Below are positions 46,498 to 57,613 of a DNA stretch of 64,000 bases, in pieces. Each line of letters begins with the position of its first letter. Within the stretch, counting starts at the first letter, position 1. Location: positions 108,140 through 172,139 of the forward strand of contig JBGQGB010000002.1 in NCBI GenBank assembly GCA_041497195.1. The letters are read 5' to 3'. The notes beneath the pieces are model-generated. The model saw only the letters and a program-made list of their open reading frames with translations. It did not search any database and was not told where the DNA came from. The DNA comes from Candidatus Doudnabacteria bacterium. Lineage in GTDB: Bacteria > Patescibacteriota > Doudnabacteria > UBA920 > 2-01-FULL-46-14. A program made the position numbers and the translations under genes.

Positions 46498-47403
46498 ATG
46501 CCCGCCACGAAAGATATCCGCCGCAGAATCAAGTCAATCAAATCCACCCGCCAGATTACCAAGGCCATGGAGCTTGTTTCAGCTGCCAAAATGAGAAAGG
46601 CCCAAGCGCAGGCTCTGGGCACCAGAACTTACGCGCAACTCTCACAGGAATTACTCCGAAAGCTGTCCAGCAAAATTCACCCGCAAGCCCACGCGCTCTT
46701 GCGCCGCCCGAAAGAAAGCAATACAGTCGCTGTGATAGTCATCGCGTCGAATCGCGGTCTCATCGGCGGTTTCAACAACAATGTCATCAATAATGCGCTC
46801 AATTACACCAAACAAGCGAACGCCAAAAAGTTTGAGTTCATTCCTTTGGGAAAAAAAGCTCAAAACGCTTTGTTAAAGAAAGGCCAAACTATCGCTGCGC
46901 AGTTTGAGAAAAAGGATTCAGGAATTTCCGAGATAGATGTCTTGCCTTTGGTCAAGCTAGTTACTGATGATTTTGTGGCTGGCAAGTATGATAGAGTCGT
47001 TTTGGTATATATGGATTTTGTCAGCACTTTAGTGCAGCGTCCTGTTATTCGCGAGTTGTTGCCCCTCTCCGACCAAGTTGTCGCTGCCACCGTTGCTTCA
47101 GGTCAGGATTGGGAGGATGAGGAAGGCGACTACATAAACAATACGGATTATCTTTTTGAGCCTGACCCTGATCAAGTTTTGGAAAATTTGTTGCCGAGGT
47201 TGGTGGAAATCCAGATTTATCAGGCTCTTCTGGAAACAAATGCCGCCGAGCACTCGGCTCGGATGGTAACGATGAAAAACGCTACGGATGCTGCCGGTGA
47301 TCTTGTGGATGAATTGATTTTTGAATACAACCAACTGCGGCAAGCTGCCATTACCAAAGAGATTAGCGAAATTGTTTCCGGGCAGCTGGTCCTAAGCAAA
47401 TAA
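46498..47403 (+). CDS. atpG: F0F1 ATP synthase subunit gamma
   Basis: N-terminal IKSTRQITKAMELVSAAKMRKAQ and a C-terminal helix. Confidence 0.9.
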   Translation: MPATKDIRRRIKSIKSTRQITKAMELVSAAKMRKAQAQALGTRTYAQLSQELLRKLSSKIHPQAHALLRRPKESNTVAVIVIASNRGLIGGFNNNVINNALNYTKQANAKKFEFIPLGKKAQNALLKKGQTIAAQFEKKDSGISEIDVLPLVKLVTDDFVAGKYDRVVLVYMDFVSTLVQRPVIRELLPLSDQVVAATVASGQDWEDEEGDYINNTDYLFEPDPDQVLENLLPRLVEIQIYQALLETNAAEHSARMVTMKNATDAAGDLVDELIFEYNQLRQAAITKEISEIVSGQLVLSK

Positions 47404-47440
47404 TTTAGGCAGCTGATAAAGAAAGTCTCAGATTTATTGA

Positions 47441-48874
<1,434 letters not shown>

Positions 48875-48913
48875 ATTTTTCGTCCCAGGCATTTTTTTCC
48901 AAGGCACAAACCA

Positions 48914-49348
48914 ATGGCAAAGCTAAACTTTAGGATAGCCACGCCCGAGCGCGTGGTCTACGAATCCGAGGTCGAACAGGTCACCTGCATGACGCAAATG
49001 GGCGAAGTGACGATTTTGCCAAACCATATCCCTTTGGTCGCGACCCTCGTGCCAGGAGAGCTGAAAGTTATCGAAACAGGAAGTCAGAAGTACATGTCGG
49101 TGGCCGGCGGTTTTTTGGAGGTGCGGCCAAACAACGAAGTCGTCATTTTGGCTGATGCCGCAGAGCATGCCGAGGAAATCGACCTGGCCCGTGCCGAAGA
49201 AGCCAGAAAACGGGCCAAAGAGCTCATGAAAGAGCCGGCCCAGGGCGGCGGGACCATAGCCGAGGCGCAGGCCCTGCTGGAGCGTTCTCTTGCGAGAATT
49301 AAGGTGGGAAAGCGGAGGAAATACAAAGATGTCGGGCGACGTCCTTAA
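48914..49348 (+). CDS. atpC: F0F1 ATP synthase subunit epsilon
   Basis: N-terminal beta-sandwich (ATPERVVYESEV…) plus a helical C-terminus. Confidence 0.85.
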   Translation: MAKLNFRIATPERVVYESEVEQVTCMTQMGEVTILPNHIPLVATLVPGELKVIETGSQKYMSVAGGFLEVRPNNEVVILADAAEHAEEIDLARAEEARKRAKELMKEPAQGGGTIAEAQALLERSLARIKVGKRRKYKDVGRRP

Positions 49349-50717
49349 ATACAACTGGCCGGACAAAAGTCTTTTGTCCACGTCAGCTTTTGGAATTATT
49401 GAGACTTTACGCAGGAAAGGTTATGAAGCTTTTGTGGCCGGCGGAGCAGTCCGGGATTTGCTTTTGAAACGGCCGATTCGCGAAATCGACATTGCCACGT
49501 CGGCGAAGCCCCAGGACGTGGAGAAAATTTTTCCCAAAACCATTCCAACCGGCAAAAAGCACGGCACTGTCACGGTGCGGCAAAAGGGTTTCAATTTCGA
49601 AGTCACGACTTTTCGCGTGGAAGGCCCTTACGAAAAAGCGCGCCGACCAACCAAGGTCAAATTCATCCGGTCCGCGGAAGAAGACGCCAAGAGGCGGGAC
49701 TTCACGATCAACGCCATGTTTTATGACGCGGACAAAAAGCTGGTCCTAGACTATGTCCGTGGCATTGCCGATTTGGCGCACCGTCGCATCAATTTGGTCG
49801 GCGATCCGGAAAAGCGGATCAAAGAAGATGCGCTGCGCATGCTGCGTGCCGTCAGATTTGCCGCTACTTTACGTTTTGATTTGTCCAGAGAGACGCGGCG
49901 AGCCATTCAGGTCAATGCCAAGTTGATCACCAAGATATCGGGAGAGCGTGTGAAACAAGAACTCGACCGAATCATTGTGTCCGACAGAGCGTCAATCGGT
50001 TTCGGTTTGCTCGATGTGGTCGGACTACTTCCCCATATTTTACCTGAGTTGGATAATCTGCAAGGAATAACGCAGCCGAAAAATCAGCACTCAGAAGGGG
50101 ATGTTTACGCTCATAGTCTCCTGGCTCTGGAAAATACTGACGAGACATATGATGAGGCGACGCGTTATGCGGTTTTGTTTCATGACTTGGGCAAGCCTTT
50201 GACCAAAGAGGTCAGCGCAGGCAAAACGACTTTTTACGATCATCAGGCGGTGGGGGCTGAGATTGCCCAAAAAATCTGTTCCCGGCTCAAATTCAGCAGT
50301 GCGGACACTGCGAAAATTGCGTGGTTGGTCAAAAACCACATGGTCCCTCACGATTTTGCGCAGATGAAACTTTCGACTAGGAGAAAGTGGGGCCTCAATC
50401 CTTATTTTTCCGATCTTTTAAGAGTCTATACAGCTGACGCCCGGGCTGCAATTCCAGCCTCAGGCCGCGTAAACAAAAATCCCCAGGGCTTGAAAGAGGG
50501 TTTGCAAATTTTGCAAGAGGTGAAAAACACGCCTGCCCTGAGAAAACCCCTCCTCTCGGGTAAGGATGTGATGAAAGTTTTGCAAATTGAGCCAGGACCG
50601 AGGGTTGGAAAAGTTCTGGCGTTTCTGGAGGAAAAGAAATTGGCCGGTGAGCTTGCCACGGCGGCCGCTGCTCTCACGTTTTTGAAAAAAAACAAAAAGT
50701 TTCTCAAGAACCTCTGA
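49329..50717 (+). CDS. cca: CCA-adding enzyme / tRNA nucleotidyltransferase with HD domain
   Basis: GGAVRD…EIDIAT head-domain motifs, RRDFTINA, HD domain (HD…FHDLGK). Confidence 0.8.
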   Translation: MSGDVLKYNWPDKSLLSTSAFGIIETLRRKGYEAFVAGGAVRDLLLKRPIREIDIATSAKPQDVEKIFPKTIPTGKKHGTVTVRQKGFNFEVTTFRVEGPYEKARRPTKVKFIRSAEEDAKRRDFTINAMFYDADKKLVLDYVRGIADLAHRRINLVGDPEKRIKEDALRMLRAVRFAATLRFDLSRETRRAIQVNAKLITKISGERVKQELDRIIVSDRASIGFGLLDVVGLLPHILPELDNLQGITQPKNQHSEGDVYAHSLLALENTDETYDEATRYAVLFHDLGKPLTKEVSAGKTTFYDHQAVGAEIAQKICSRLKFSSADTAKIAWLVKNHMVPHDFAQMKLSTRRKWGLNPYFSDLLRVYTADARAAIPASGRVNKNPQGLKEGLQILQEVKNTPALRKPLLSGKDVMKVLQIEPGPRVGKVLAFLEEKKLAGELATAAAALTFLKKNKKFLKNL

Positions 50718-50739
50718 GGGCCTGGTTGCCAATAAAAGA

Positions 50740-50768
50740 CCGGCCACTTGATTTTTTCGGAGTACTCT
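50740..50768 (+). promoter_or_regulatory. Promoter TTGATT-17-TAGAAT; a second extended -10 TGCTAGAAT lies at 50830-50837
   Basis: Two promoter-like elements upstream of tRNA-fMet. The tRNA 5' end is 11 nt after the second -10. Confidence 0.45.
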
Positions 50769-50848
50769 GATAGAATCTATTACACGACGCCGGGCAGAGT
50801 CGGCCATGGCCGAGCAGCTCGCAACGTGTGCTAGAATGGAAAATACAT

Positions 50849-50923
50849 CGCGGGGTAGAGCAATGGCAGCTCGCAAGGCTCATAACCTTGAGGTTGGCGG
50901 TTCGAGTCCGCCCCCCGCAACCA
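50849..50923 (+). tRNA. Initiator tRNA-Met (CAT), CCA encoded
   Basis: Hand-folded. C1·A72 mismatch at the top of the acceptor stem (initiator hallmark), anticodon loop CTCATAA, T-loop TTCGAGT. Confidence 0.75.
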
Positions 50924-50939
50924 AATATAATTCAAAAAA

Positions 50940-51881
50940 ATGAGTGACAGTTTTGTCCCGCCGAATAAGCACAGTCAGCGCAATCGGGGGATTGTTTTTT
51001 TTCTCGGGATCGGCTTGGTCCTGTCCCTGCTAGTTTCCTTTATCTGGGTCGAGCCTTTGAGCGGCGCAGATCAGACTTTCTACGTGAAATACCGCCATGA
51101 AGCCTCGCCGCCCCTGATACCGAAGCTTTTCCCGCAAACTGCGGCGAGTAACTTTTCCGCTACGAGGACCCCGGTGCTGATGTACCACTACATTCGTACA
51201 GTCGTCAATCCTGGCGGTGATCCGCTTGGGTTTAGCCTATCCGTGACGCCGCAGGATTTTGAAACGCAAATTTCGTATTTGCAGCAAAATGGTTATAACA
51301 GTATTACTCCCGACCAGCTTTTCCAAGCGCTCGCGGGGAAAGCCCTATTGCCGGCAAGGGCGGTGCTTTTGACTTTTGATGACGGCTATGAGGATTTCTA
51401 TACCACGGCCTTTCCGATTTTGAAAAAATACAACTTCAAGGCCACTGTATTTGTGGTCCCCGGTTTTGTCGGAGAGCCTGATGGGCGGTACCTGACGTGG
51501 CAGCAGGTCAAAGAGCTTGATGCGTCAGGGCTCATCACTGTAGGCGCTCACACTATGCATCACGTCAATCTCGTGACCCATCCTGACGCTCCAGCGGAGA
51601 TTTCGCAAAGCAAGGAGGTCCTGGAAAGTTTTCTAAAAAAGTCCGTTACTGCGTTTGCCTACCCGGGAGGGACGTATGATGAGCACGTGATAAATCTAGT
51701 GGCTGAGTCTGGGTATGATCTCGCTTTTACTACCAGATTCGGCATTTGGCACGATCTTTCGCAACGTTTGGCCCTCAGCCGTGTGCGTATAAGCGGCGGC
51801 CTTACAATGGAAAAATTCGTGGAGAGATTGAACGGGCAACTCAATATCCTAACGAAAGCCCAAACAGTCGCAATTCCTTGA
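50940..51881 (+). CDS. Polysaccharide deacetylase (CE4 / NodB homology domain), membrane-anchored
   Basis: N-terminal TM. TFDDGY Asp-Asp motif and HTMHH metal-binding His motif. Confidence 0.8.
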   Translation: MSDSFVPPNKHSQRNRGIVFFLGIGLVLSLLVSFIWVEPLSGADQTFYVKYRHEASPPLIPKLFPQTAASNFSATRTPVLMYHYIRTVVNPGGDPLGFSLSVTPQDFETQISYLQQNGYNSITPDQLFQALAGKALLPARAVLLTFDDGYEDFYTTAFPILKKYNFKATVFVVPGFVGEPDGRYLTWQQVKELDASGLITVGAHTMHHVNLVTHPDAPAEISQSKEVLESFLKKSVTAFAYPGGTYDEHVINLVAESGYDLAFTTRFGIWHDLSQRLALSRVRISGGLTMEKFVERLNGQLNILTKAQTVAIP

Positions 51882-51918
51882 AGTTTTTGCACTCATACTT
51901 TAAACTTATGAAGAGTCT

Positions 51919-51996
51919 GCCAGGGTAGCTCAGTTTGGTTAGAGCGAAGGACTCATAAGCCTTAGGTCGTGGGTTCGACTCCCACCCCTGGCACCA
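51919..51996 (+). tRNA. tRNA-Met elongator (or tRNA-Ile2) with CAT anticodon, CCA encoded
   Basis: Fully paired acceptor GCCAGGG/CCCTGGC, anticodon loop CTCATAA. Confidence 0.7.
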
Positions 51997-52139
51997 CGCG
52001 TGAATCTGAGTTTCGATTTTCGTAAACCGTGAAAACGGTTTTCTGCAATCTTCACTCTATTCCCGCTTTCCCCAAAAATCCGTGCTCGTCCGCGCTAGGC
52101 GGGCTGCGCTCCTGGTTTTTGGGGGGCCTCAAAATTGAT

Positions 52140-52218
52140 GCTCGCTTGGTGTAGCCTGGTCTAACACGTCTCCCTGTCACGGAGAAGATCACGGGTTCAA
52201 ATCCCGTAGCGAGCGCCA
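52140..52218 (+). tRNA. tRNA-Asp (GTC), CCA encoded
   Basis: Acceptor GCTCGCT/AGCGAGC, anticodon loop CTGTCAC. Confidence 0.8.
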
Positions 52219-52271
52219 TTTCAATACGGTTTTGAAGCAGCACTTCCTTTTTGCCAAAGCTTTTTGTCAGG

Positions 52272-52300
52272 TTGCCATTATCATTTTTCATTGCTAGACT
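52272..52300 (+). promoter_or_regulatory. Promoter TTGCCA-17-TAGACT for pyrD
   Basis: TTGCCA at 52272-52277, TAGACT at 52295-52300. RBS GAGGAGGGG before ATG 52365. Confidence 0.45.
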
Positions 52301-52364
52301 GTAGTGTTGAAGCTACGGTTTTATTGTTTGTCTGGATTGTCCGAAAAAAACTTGAGGAGGGGAT

Positions 52365-53510
52365 ATGACCTTAATAGAGCGGTACTACAAAACCCGTATC
52401 CGACCAGGGGTCTTCGCTGCGAGCGAACCCGACGCGGAATTAGCACACGAGTGGGGCATGAACAAACTCGTGAGAATTCAGAATAGTCGCTTTCTGACTG
52501 CGCTCGCCAGGCTTTTCTGCGTTTACTGCCACCCCATGCTCGAGACTGAAGTGATGGGTCTGCAGTTCCCAAATCCCTTTGGCCTCGCCGCGGGTTTTGA
52601 CAAGTATTGCGAGGTCTATTCACGCGCTATTCCCGCGTGCGGCTGGGGTTTTTGTGAAATAGGCGGAATCACCGCGTTCCAGCAGTCAGGCAATCTTCTC
52701 CGCCCACGCATGAAGCGGTCACACGCGCATCAAGCCTTGTGGAATTTCATGGGATTCAACAACCCGGGCGCTCCCATAGCCGCAGCTACAATGTCTAGGC
52801 ATCCTAAAGCGGTAGTGCCAGTGGGACTCAATGTGGGCAAGAGTAAAGCGACCCCGTTGGATGAGGCGGCCAGAGACTACTGCCACACTGTCACCGTGCT
52901 TTATCAACATGTCGATTTCGTCACAGTGAATCCCAGTTCACCTAATACGCCTGGACTGCGTGACCTCCAAAAAAAGACAGAGCTTTCAGACTTGCTTCGG
53001 GCAGTCAAAAAGACCATGGAAGCAATCGCGGATTGCAATGGCTTGCCCAGACTGCCGCTTGGCGTGAAACTGTCTCCTGATCTTTCGGATGAGGCTTTGG
53101 CTGATTGTATCGAGGTGTGCAAAGAAGTTGGCGCTGCTTTTATAACGTTAACCAATACCACGGTCGGGCGAGCCGGGCTCAATGGTTGGGATATTCCAGC
53201 GGATCGAGGCGGCGTCAGTGGGAAACCTTTGCGTGAAGCCTCGGAACGGATCCTGGCGCAAGTTTACCTCGCCCTTAATGGCCACCGGCCGAAGATAAAT
53301 CTCATCAGTGTCGGCGGTATTTCAAACGCCCAAGAGCTCTACCGGCGGATCAGGCTCGGGGCCGACCTCTGCCAGGCTTACACTGCGTGGCCTTTCGAGG
53401 GACCTGATTTTGCCAGGCGGTGTCTCAAAGAGCTGGTCAGAATGCTCAAGTCCGACGGCTTCCGGCATGTTTCCGAAGCAGTCGGATCTGAGACCTGTAT
53501 GTGTTCATGA
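52365..53510 (+). CDS. pyrD: Dihydroorotate dehydrogenase (class 2-like, with N-terminal extension)
   Basis: GLQFPNPFGLAAGFDK…VTVNPSSPNTPGLR…GGISNAQELYR blocks. Confidence 0.85.
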   Translation: MTLIERYYKTRIRPGVFAASEPDAELAHEWGMNKLVRIQNSRFLTALARLFCVYCHPMLETEVMGLQFPNPFGLAAGFDKYCEVYSRAIPACGWGFCEIGGITAFQQSGNLLRPRMKRSHAHQALWNFMGFNNPGAPIAAATMSRHPKAVVPVGLNVGKSKATPLDEAARDYCHTVTVLYQHVDFVTVNPSSPNTPGLRDLQKKTELSDLLRAVKKTMEAIADCNGLPRLPLGVKLSPDLSDEALADCIEVCKEVGAAFITLTNTTVGRAGLNGWDIPADRGGVSGKPLREASERILAQVYLALNGHRPKINLISVGGISNAQELYRRIRLGADLCQAYTAWPFEGPDFARRCLKELVRMLKSDGFRHVSEAVGSETCMCS

Positions 53511-53527
53511 GTCTGGTTTTCCTAGTT

Positions 53528-53568
53528 GGTGGTGCTGTGCTCCGGCGCGGCACCACCTTATTTTTTTG
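53528..53568 (+). terminator. Rho-independent terminator after pyrD
   Basis: GGTGGTGC…GCACCACC 8-bp stem then TTATTTTTTTG. Confidence 0.65.
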
Positions 53569-53570
53569 TC

Positions 53571-53599
53571 TTGCAGACGATCCAAACTTTTGCTAGTCT
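53571..53599 (+). promoter_or_regulatory. Promoter TTGCAG-17-TAGTCT for pyrF
   Basis: Sequence match with 17-nt spacing. Confidence 0.4.
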
Positions 53600-53661
53600 T
53601 TAGGGTCGAGGTTAATCTCACTGACCTCGTAGTTACTCGAAATCATCAAGGGGGAAAATAT

Positions 53662-54405
53662 ATGAATCCGAAACGTCTGCCGATTTATTTGGCTTTGGAT
53701 GGCATGGAGATCAGTCAGTGCCTCCAGTTGTGCGGGAAAATCGGTGACAGAATCACCGGGGTCAAAGCAAATTCCCTCTGGCGGAAACAGGGAGCGAGCA
53801 TTGCATCGCTTCTGATGCACGCCGGAGCCAATGAAGTGTTCGCTGATCTCAAGCTGCACGATATTCCCAATACCGTAGCGAATGATACCAAAGACGTAGC
53901 TGAAGCTGGGGCTGGAGTCTTGACTGTGCACGCAAGTGGCGGCTTGGAAATGATGCAGGCCGCGGTGAAGGCGTCCCCTGGACTTCGAATCCTAGCAGTC
54001 ACTGTGCTGACTTCCCTGGATGCCTTGGCAGTTGGCAAAATATACGCTGGCCCACTGTTTGGGGTGGCTCTGCGTTTGGCGCGGCTCGCACTGACAGCCG
54101 GCGTTTGGGGTTTGGTCTGCTCTCCCGAAGACCTGTTGTTCTTGCGTATGTCCTCGCATTTTGATCCGGACGGGCTCCAGTTCGTCACTCCCGGAGTGCG
54201 CCTCCCTCAAGGAAATACTCATGACCAGAAACGAGTGCGGACGCCTTTCGAAGCAATTCGTGACGGCGCTGATTATCTCGTTGCCGGTCGTGAAGTCACG
54301 ACGAGCTCGCAGCCTCTCGAAGTCCTCAAGAGATATGAGGAGGAAATCGAGCGAGGATTGGAGGAAAGGGCCCTTGCAGAAAGAATAATCTCCGGAACGA
54401 CCTGA
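53662..54405 (+). CDS. pyrF: Orotidine 5'-phosphate decarboxylase
   Basis: RBS AAGGGGG. YLALDGME…KLHDIPNTV…LTVHASGG…VTPGVR motifs. The 365-aa track ORF starting at 53308 is an upstream out-of-context extension. Confidence 0.85.
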   Translation: MNPKRLPIYLALDGMEISQCLQLCGKIGDRITGVKANSLWRKQGASIASLLMHAGANEVFADLKLHDIPNTVANDTKDVAEAGAGVLTVHASGGLEMMQAAVKASPGLRILAVTVLTSLDALAVGKIYAGPLFGVALRLARLALTAGVWGLVCSPEDLLFLRMSSHFDPDGLQFVTPGVRLPQGNTHDQKRVRTPFEAIRDGADYLVAGREVTTSSQPLEVLKRYEEEIERGLEERALAERIISGTT

Positions 54406-54489
54406 ATGCGGCCTTGTAGAGGACCGGGAAGCCGAATTTCTAGGCTAGACTAACCGCCCAGGGTTTCAATTCTGAAGAGGAGAGCGCTA

Positions 54490-55140
54490 ATGCAAAGCCA
54501 GTCTGAGTTCGATGAGAAGAGAATATCGTGTGCGCGAGCGTGGTTCAGGGCAGGTATTTTCCTGGACAAGACCAAATCACCGGGAGGGCAGGGCTTTAGG
54601 CTCAAACTGCATGAGAAGACGCCTGACGCGCCTCTATCTCCTTTTTATCTCAACTTCCGGCTCCTTCGTTCGTTCCCAACTCTCTTGCAAGAAACCGCGG
54701 AGCTGATGGAGGATATGGTGGTGGGCGATGATTTTGACCTCGTCGCCGATATCCCGACTGCGGCGACTCCACTCGTGACGCTCATCTCCCAGGACTTGCA
54801 GATTCCGATGATTACTCCTCGGGAAATGAAGACGCACTGGTCAGGTGCGGTCATTGACGGAGTCTACAAGAAAGGGCAGAAAGTGGTTGTCTTTGACGAC
54901 CTCATCACGAAGGCAGACAGCAAGATTGCGAGTGCGAAACAGCTCACCGCAGAAGGACTGCTCGTCGGGCGGTTCGTGGTTTTGGTTGATCGAGAGCAAG
55001 GAGGTCTCGCTCAGCTCAAAGCAGCCGGATACAGCTGTGAACCGGCTTGGTTCCTGCAAGACCTTCTCGGACTGTACCGGCACGAGGGGTTACTAAGCCC
55101 AGAGGTTCATGTAGAGATTGTGACTTACCTCGAAGCCTGA
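54490..55140 (+). CDS. pyrE: Orotate phosphoribosyltransferase-like (type I PRTase)
   Basis: PRPP-binding motif VVVFDDLITKADSKI, and genomic context with pyrD/pyrF. Confidence 0.65.
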   Translation: MQSQSEFDEKRISCARAWFRAGIFLDKTKSPGGQGFRLKLHEKTPDAPLSPFYLNFRLLRSFPTLLQETAELMEDMVVGDDFDLVADIPTAATPLVTLISQDLQIPMITPREMKTHWSGAVIDGVYKKGQKVVVFDDLITKADSKIASAKQLTAEGLLVGRFVVLVDREQGGLAQLKAAGYSCEPAWFLQDLLGLYRHEGLLSPEVHVEIVTYLEA

Positions 55141-55260
55141 AGGCGGACCTTTCGGATTTGTGGGGCGGCGGCACCTAGTGCTCGTCGCCCTTATTTATTT
55201 TCGAAGTCCTTCGGTAGGCCTGCTGTGGGCGGGCGAAAGAGGATGTGGTATGCTTAGAAT

Positions 55261-56247
55261 ATGAACTTTCAGGTCCTCACAATCGTATTGGTAGTAGCCG
55301 GCTTCGCGTTGGTGGTTTATTTTTTGTCGCGCCGGCCCAAAACAGATCCCGGCATGCAGGTGATGCTTGAATGGCTCAAGGAGATGCGCGGTTCTTCGGA
55401 GGTGATGCAGAAACGACTGGATGAGACCAACAAAACCATCAGTGACCGGCTCGACAATGCCGCCCGTTTCATCGGCGACCTGAAAAAAGAGCTCGGCGGC
55501 ATGTCGCAAATCGGCCCTGATATCCGCAGGCTTTCCGAAGTCTTGGCCAGCCCGAAAGCGAGAGGGAATTTCGGGGAAGAAATGCTGGAGGAACTTCTCC
55601 GCCAAGTTTTGCCCAAAACAGCATATGAATTTCAGTACAAATTTAGAAGCGGAGAAGTTGTGGACGCGATGGTCCGAGTCGGAGACCATATCTTACCCAT
55701 CGACAGCAAGTTTAGTCTGGAAAATTTTCGACTTTATAAAGAAGCGAAGACAGAGGATGCAGCAGCTGGTTTGAAAAAGGCTCTTTTGAAAGATATCAAG
55801 AAACGCGTAGACGAGATCCAGAAGAAGTATATTTTGCCGCAGGAAGGAACTTTTGATTTCGCTCTGATGTATGTGCCCAGCGAGGGTTTGTATTCTGAAG
55901 TATCAGAAGACCCCCAGATCGTTTCCTACGCGCGGGAAAAAAGAGTTTTTCTCGTCAGTCCGCAGAATCTCTATCTGCACTTGCAGGTGATTTTGCTCGG
56001 CCTCAAACGCGAACAGATCAGCGAAAAGGCCGGACAAATTTTAGCCATGATTACGGGGATTAAACAGGAGAGCGAAAAATTCGGCAGAAATTTGGAGATT
56101 TTGGCCAGTCATGTCAAAAACTCAGGAAATACTATGGGTGTTGTGCTTGGCGACTTTGCCAAGCTCAAGACAGCAATAGGCAATGCGGCAAATTTGGAAT
56201 TACAAAACCCTCCGGAAGGTCGAACCGGAGACAAACTTTTGGAATAA
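55261..56247 (+). CDS. rmuC: DNA recombination protein RmuC
   Basis: N-terminal TM, coiled coil, and RmuC nuclease-like core (ARGNFGEEMLEELL…FDFALMYVPSEGLY). Confidence 0.8.
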   Translation: MNFQVLTIVLVVAGFALVVYFLSRRPKTDPGMQVMLEWLKEMRGSSEVMQKRLDETNKTISDRLDNAARFIGDLKKELGGMSQIGPDIRRLSEVLASPKARGNFGEEMLEELLRQVLPKTAYEFQYKFRSGEVVDAMVRVGDHILPIDSKFSLENFRLYKEAKTEDAAAGLKKALLKDIKKRVDEIQKKYILPQEGTFDFALMYVPSEGLYSEVSEDPQIVSYAREKRVFLVSPQNLYLHLQVILLGLKREQISEKAGQILAMITGIKQESEKFGRNLEILASHVKNSGNTMGVVLGDFAKLKTAIGNAANLELQNPPEGRTGDKLLE

Positions 56248-56271
56248 ATTAAAAAAATAACGAAAAAAATT

Positions 56272-56808
56272 ATGGCACTAAATGATGTATTTGACGTTTT
56301 TGCAAAACATGAAGAGCAGCGCGTAGGAGTTTTTGTTGACGTACAAAATTTGTATTACTCTGCCCGGAATATTTACAATTCGAGGGTGAATTTTTCCGCG
56401 CTGCTCAAAGAAGCCGTGGGAAAAAGAAAGCTCATCCGAGCTATCGCCTATGTGATCCGCGCACAAATGCCGGAAGAGCATACTTTTTTTGAAGCACTGT
56501 CCAAGGCCGGCTACGAGGTCAAAGCCAAAGATTTGCAGGTCTTCTTCGGCGGTATGAAAAAAGGAGACTGGGACGTGGGTATCACCATGGATGTCATCCG
56601 GGTCATCAATAAGCTCGATACGGTAGTGCTGGCTTCGGGGGACGGGGATTATCTCGCTCTGGTCGAGTATTTGCAGAACTTTGGCATCAGGGTGGAAGTG
56701 ATTGCTTTTGGGAAGAGCTCGTCCAATAAATTGGTCGATGCAGTCGACGATTTTGTGGATATGGATCATGCGCCCAAAAAATTCCTGATCCCGATGAAGA
56801 ACAAATAG
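56272..56808 (+). CDS. NYN-domain (LabA-like) protein
   Basis: VGVFVDVQNLYYSAR…DVGITMDVI…LASGDGDYLALVEYLQNFGIRVEVI match PF01936 blocks. Confidence 0.75.
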   Translation: MALNDVFDVFAKHEEQRVGVFVDVQNLYYSARNIYNSRVNFSALLKEAVGKRKLIRAIAYVIRAQMPEEHTFFEALSKAGYEVKAKDLQVFFGGMKKGDWDVGITMDVIRVINKLDTVVLASGDGDYLALVEYLQNFGIRVEVIAFGKSSSNKLVDAVDDFVDMDHAPKKFLIPMKNK

Positions 56809-56811
56809 CCA

Positions 56812-57528
56812 ATGTCCGCTCCGAGACCGATAGCTATATTCGATATAGACGGCACGATTTTTCGCTCCAGCCTCAACATTCAGCTTTTTGAGCGGCTGGT
56901 GCGCGAAGGGATATTTCAGTCTGCGGTTTTGCGTCGAGTGCGGAAATCCGAGGAAAAATGGCTCAACCGCCAGGGCCACTATGACGACTACGTCCACGAA
57001 CTGGTGCGCGCTTATCAAAAAGCGATTGTGGGCAAAGACCGCAGGGATATTGTGCGAGTGAGCAAACGGGTCGTGGCTGAGCAAAAATATCGCACTTATC
57101 GCTACACCCGACATCTTCTCGAAAAAGTGCGACGCAAGTATTTTACGATTTGCATCTCTAGCTCGCCTCTGGAAGTCGTGCAGGAGTACAATAAGTTTCT
57201 CAAATTCGACAAAATTTACGGCTGGGAACTAGGCGTAAATGAACGTGGTCGCTACACTGGCGTGACCCTGCATTTGCCCGCACTTTATAAAAAGGAATTG
57301 ATTGTCCGCTATGTCCAGGGCCACCACTTGAGTCTCAAAGGTTCGCTCGGAGTGGGGGATACCGAAACGGACATTGGGTTTCTCGAGCTGGTCGAGGAGC
57401 CGATCGCGTTCAATCCCAATGTGATTTTAGCAAGGTATGCTCGCCAGCATGACTGGAGAATTGTGATCGAGCGAAAAGATTTGATTGTCGAGCTGGATCC
57501 AAGAAAAGTGAAGTTTCTCAAAGTGTAA
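56812..57528 (+). CDS. HAD-superfamily hydrolase, subfamily IB-like
   Basis: Motif I IAIFDIDGTI and motif IV GVGDTETDIGFL. Confidence 0.7.
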   Translation: MSAPRPIAIFDIDGTIFRSSLNIQLFERLVREGIFQSAVLRRVRKSEEKWLNRQGHYDDYVHELVRAYQKAIVGKDRRDIVRVSKRVVAEQKYRTYRYTRHLLEKVRRKYFTICISSSPLEVVQEYNKFLKFDKIYGWELGVNERGRYTGVTLHLPALYKKELIVRYVQGHHLSLKGSLGVGDTETDIGFLELVEEPIAFNPNVILARYARQHDWRIVIERKDLIVELDPRKVKFLKV

Positions 57529-57531
57529 CGA

Positions 57532-57608
57532 GCGCCCGTAGCTCAGTGGATTAGAGCGTCTCCCTCCGGAGGAGAAGGCCAGAGGTCCGAATCCTCTCGG
57601 GCGCACCA
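57532..57608 (+). tRNA. tRNA-Arg (CCG), CCA encoded
   Basis: Acceptor GCGCCCG/CGGGCGC, anticodon loop CTCCGGA. Confidence 0.8.
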
Positions 57609-57613
57609 AAATA

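Noticed and set aside
52052-52291. 79-aa minus-strand ORF
   Set aside because: It spans tRNA-Asp and the inverted-repeat region.
53308-53661. 5' part of the 365-aa track ORF preceding pyrF
   Set aside because: This portion overlaps pyrD in another frame and runs through the pyrD terminator and the pyrF promoter. The real pyrF starts at ATG 53662, which has a good RBS.
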